DNA from: SAR202 cluster bacterium bin127
GTDB taxonomy: Bacteria > Chloroflexota > Dehalococcoidia > Lucifugimonadales > Lucifugimonadaceae
Assembly: GCA_002239045.1 (NCBI GenBank)
Contig: MPNN01000010.1
Span: 9,245-73,244, forward strand
DNA: 64,000 bases
Reading direction: 5' to 3'
Position 1 is the stretch's first letter; each line of letters begins with the position of its first letter. Position numbers and translations under genes: made by a program. Below are positions 62,189 through 64,000 of the stretch, piece after piece. The notes beneath the pieces are model-generated. The model did no database searches, was not told the origin of the DNA, and saw nothing but the letters and a program-made list of their open reading frames with translations.

Positions 62189-63529
62189 TCATTCTGACAG
62201 AACGTCTGAGGCGATACCGTCAAGCTGATCCTGCAAGGCATGCCTCAATCCGGAGACCGGGACCCTAACCTGCGCCATCGTGTCGCGGTGCCGGATGGTA
62301 ACCGCATCGTCCGACTCCACTGTATCGAAGTCGACGGTCACACACAACGGCGTACCGATCTCGTCCTGACGGCGGTAACGACGCCCGATGCTCTGCGTCT
62401 CGTCATACTGCGTGCTGAAACCTGAACGCACCATGTCATAGACCTCGCGAGCCTTGGGTGTCAACTTCGGGTTGCGGCTCAACGGCAAGATGGCGACTTG
62501 GTATGGCGCGATGTTCGGGTGAAAGCGCAGAACCACACGTTTATCGTTGTTGACTTCCTCCTCGTCATACGCATCGACGAGGAACGCCAATGCCGATCGG
62601 TCGGCACCCATAGCTGGTTCGACAACGAACGGTACGTATCGCTTATTGTTCGGTTGGTCGTAGTACGACAAGTCTTTGCCAGATTTTTCGATATGGGCTT
62701 TCAAGTCGTAGTCGGTGCGATTGGAGATCGTCTCCAACTCGCCCCATCCCCAAGGGAACAGAAACTCGATGTCGGCGCTACCTTTCGAGTAGTGGGGCAA
62801 TTCGTCCGCTTCGTGTTCGCGCACCCGCAATTTCGACCGGCGGAGGCCAAGTCCGGTAAACCAATCCGACGAAAAATCTATCCAGTACCGATGCCACTCC
62901 TCGTCAGTGCCGGGTTCACAGAAATACTCCATCTCCATCTGCTCGAATTCGCGCGTTCGGAAAGTGAAGTTTCCGGGCGTTATCTCATTTCGGAACGACT
63001 TGCCTTGCTGCGCGATTCCAAACGGTATCCGAACTCGGCTACTGTTCACCACGTTGTCGAAATCGACGAACATTGCTTGAGCCGTCTCGGGGCGCAGAAA
63101 GACGATGTTGTCGTCGCCTTCAACCGGCCCGATATGGGTACGAAACATGAGGTTGAAATGACGTGGTTCGCTAAGTTCGCCGCCGCAGTCCGGGCAACCA
63201 TCGGTTTCCAGCAAGTCTGAGCGATGCCTTCGATGACACTCTTTGCACTCCGCCAATGGATCAGTGAAACTGTCAACGTGGCCGCTGGCAACCCAAACAT
63301 CCGGGTGCATAAGGATCGATGCGTCGATGCCGACCACGTCCTCGCGGTCCCGCACCATCGACTTCCACCACTGGTCCTTGACGTTGCGTTTGAGTTCTAC
63401 ACCGACTGGCCCGTAGTCGTAGAGGCTTCCGATGCCTCCGTAAATCTCGCTGCTCTGAAAAATGAACCCTCGCCTTTTGGATAGGCTGACGACGGTGTCC
63501 AAGCTGACGTTATCGAGGTTGCGTTTCAA
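62189..63529 (-). CDS. glyQS: Glycine--tRNA ligase (class II, dimeric GlyQS type)
   Basis: RRGFIFQSSEIYGG, YDYGPVGVELK, FRNEITP, and the C-terminal anticodon-binding domain. TTG start. Confidence 0.9.
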   Translation of the reverse strand: MKRNLDNVSLDTVVSLSKRRGFIFQSSEIYGGIGSLYDYGPVGVELKRNVKDQWWKSMVRDREDVVGIDASILMHPDVWVASGHVDSFTDPLAECKECHRRHRSDLLETDGCPDCGGELSEPRHFNLMFRTHIGPVEGDDNIVFLRPETAQAMFVDFDNVVNSSRVRIPFGIAQQGKSFRNEITPGNFTFRTREFEQMEMEYFCEPGTDEEWHRYWIDFSSDWFTGLGLRRSKLRVREHEADELPHYSKGSADIEFLFPWGWGELETISNRTDYDLKAHIEKSGKDLSYYDQPNNKRYVPFVVEPAMGADRSALAFLVDAYDEEEVNNDKRVVLRFHPNIAPYQVAILPLSRNPKLTPKAREVYDMVRSGFSTQYDETQSIGRRYRRQDEIGTPLCVTVDFDTVESDDAVTIRHRDTMAQVRVPVSGLRHALQDQLDGIASDVLSE

Positions 63530-63564
63530 TTTGACTTGCCGACCTTAGGCTGTTGCGGTTTCGT

Positions 63565-63595
63565 GAAAATAAGACGGTGCCAGTGGAAACACCGC
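63565..63595 (-). promoter_or_regulatory. Terminator-like hairpin plus U-tract in the glyQS 5' leader (possible attenuator)
   Basis: On the minus strand: GCGGTG-(10 nt loop)-CACCGT followed by CTTATTTTC, about 35 nt upstream of the glyQS start. Confidence 0.35.
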
Positions 63596-63656
63596 ATAGT
63601 TTCAGTGTAAAGATCGACGGCTCCAAACCCCGGCATCTGCGGAGATCAATCCGCAC

Positions 63657-64000
63657 TCATAGCCCAGATTTCATCATTTCTACAGCGAACCATAGCGCCA
63701 TAGCGCCCCCGCGATCGTCTCGCCCGGTAACCGAATCACGAATTAAGTAGTCATCGAGGCTCTCCAACGGGCCAGTCCCGACGCAAACCCGACGGACGCC
63801 GCCATCATCGTCGATCCCGTCGGCCGCACCACACCACGCATTGGTAAGCACCTCGCCCCAATCGTTCTTTGTCAACCAACCGTGATTGATTCCAAGCGCA
63901 ATCGATATACCGATCATGCTCGTCGAGCTATGCTCCAGATAAGAACCAGAATCATCGATGACTTGCCGCCACATGCCAGATTCCGGATCTTGGAATGCCT
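63657..64000 (-). CDS. Glycoside hydrolase family 88/105-like protein, C-terminal part (ORF runs off the window)
   Basis: Pattern GMWRQVIDD, HSSTSMIG, RVCVGTGP, DDRGGAMALWFAVEM. The reading frame stays open to position 64000. Confidence 0.55.
   Translation of the reverse strand, partial: AFQDPESGMWRQVIDDSGSYLEHSSTSMIGISIALGINHGWLTKNDWGEVLTNAWCGAADGIDDDGGVRRVCVGTGPLESLDDYLIRDSVTGRDDRGGAMALWFAVEMMKSGL

Noticed and set aside
62095-62241. The longer version of the thioredoxin-fold ORF, starting at 62241.
   Set aside because: It would overlap the 3' end of glyQS by about 50 nt and would add a non-signal N-terminus. The ATG at 62094, preceded by GGTGAG, produces a proper lipoprotein signal.
1-64000. 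A search for integrases, transposases, IS inverted repeats, reverse transcriptases, cas genes and rRNA.
   Set aside because: None of the translated ORFs shows the characteristic motifs: tyrosine recombinase R-H-R-Y context, DDE transposase, or the YxDD motif of RT. No rRNA-like sequence was recognised. The accessory patches therefore lack an identifiable mobility gene.

Overview
This is a densely coding, moderately GC-rich bacterial chromosomal segment. I call about 60 protein genes, four canonical tRNAs (Met-CAT, Arg-TCT, Glu-CTC, Gln-CTG) and one degenerate tRNA-like element. I saw no rRNA, CRISPR array, transposase or integrase.

Most of the window is metabolic and transport housekeeping with strong paralogy:
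- two SMP-30/gluconolactonase genes plus another beta-propeller
- two enolase-superfamily genes
- three D-2-hydroxyacid dehydrogenases
- a sulfatase-fold enzyme
- Gfo/Idh/MocA, Ldh_2, ornithine cyclodeaminase, a TPP enzyme and ThiD
- ChrA, CDF and MFS transporters, an ABC exporter, and a peptide-type ABC importer

This gene content, together with the VIQTVVVEKEV-type linker repeats in a lipoprotein binding protein, is reminiscent of marine Chloroflexota. That is inference only and cannot be verified from the sequence alone.

Four patches look AT-richer by eye and accessory:
1. 1.2-4.5 kb: a split HipA-like kinase translationally coupled to a HipS-like/HIRAN fusion protein, followed by an M50 protease and a tiny repeat-containing membrane protein.
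2. 10.1-13.0 kb: a degenerate tRNA-like element followed by about 3 kb of small ORFan genes, including an excisionase-type HTH protein.
3. 16.3-17.6 kb: two tandem copies of an overlapping DUF2442-DUF4160 gene pair (toxin-antitoxin-like).
4. 38.8-40.9 kb: a solitary AIPR-family abortive-infection-type gene.

The best candidates for a poorly described system are the kinase/HipS-HIRAN pair and the duplicated DUF2442-DUF4160 cassettes. A conserved but functionally unresolved operon (circularly permuted ATP-grasp, alpha-E, transglutaminase) is also present.

All family assignments come from motif and pattern recognition by eye on the translated ORFs. No database search was run.
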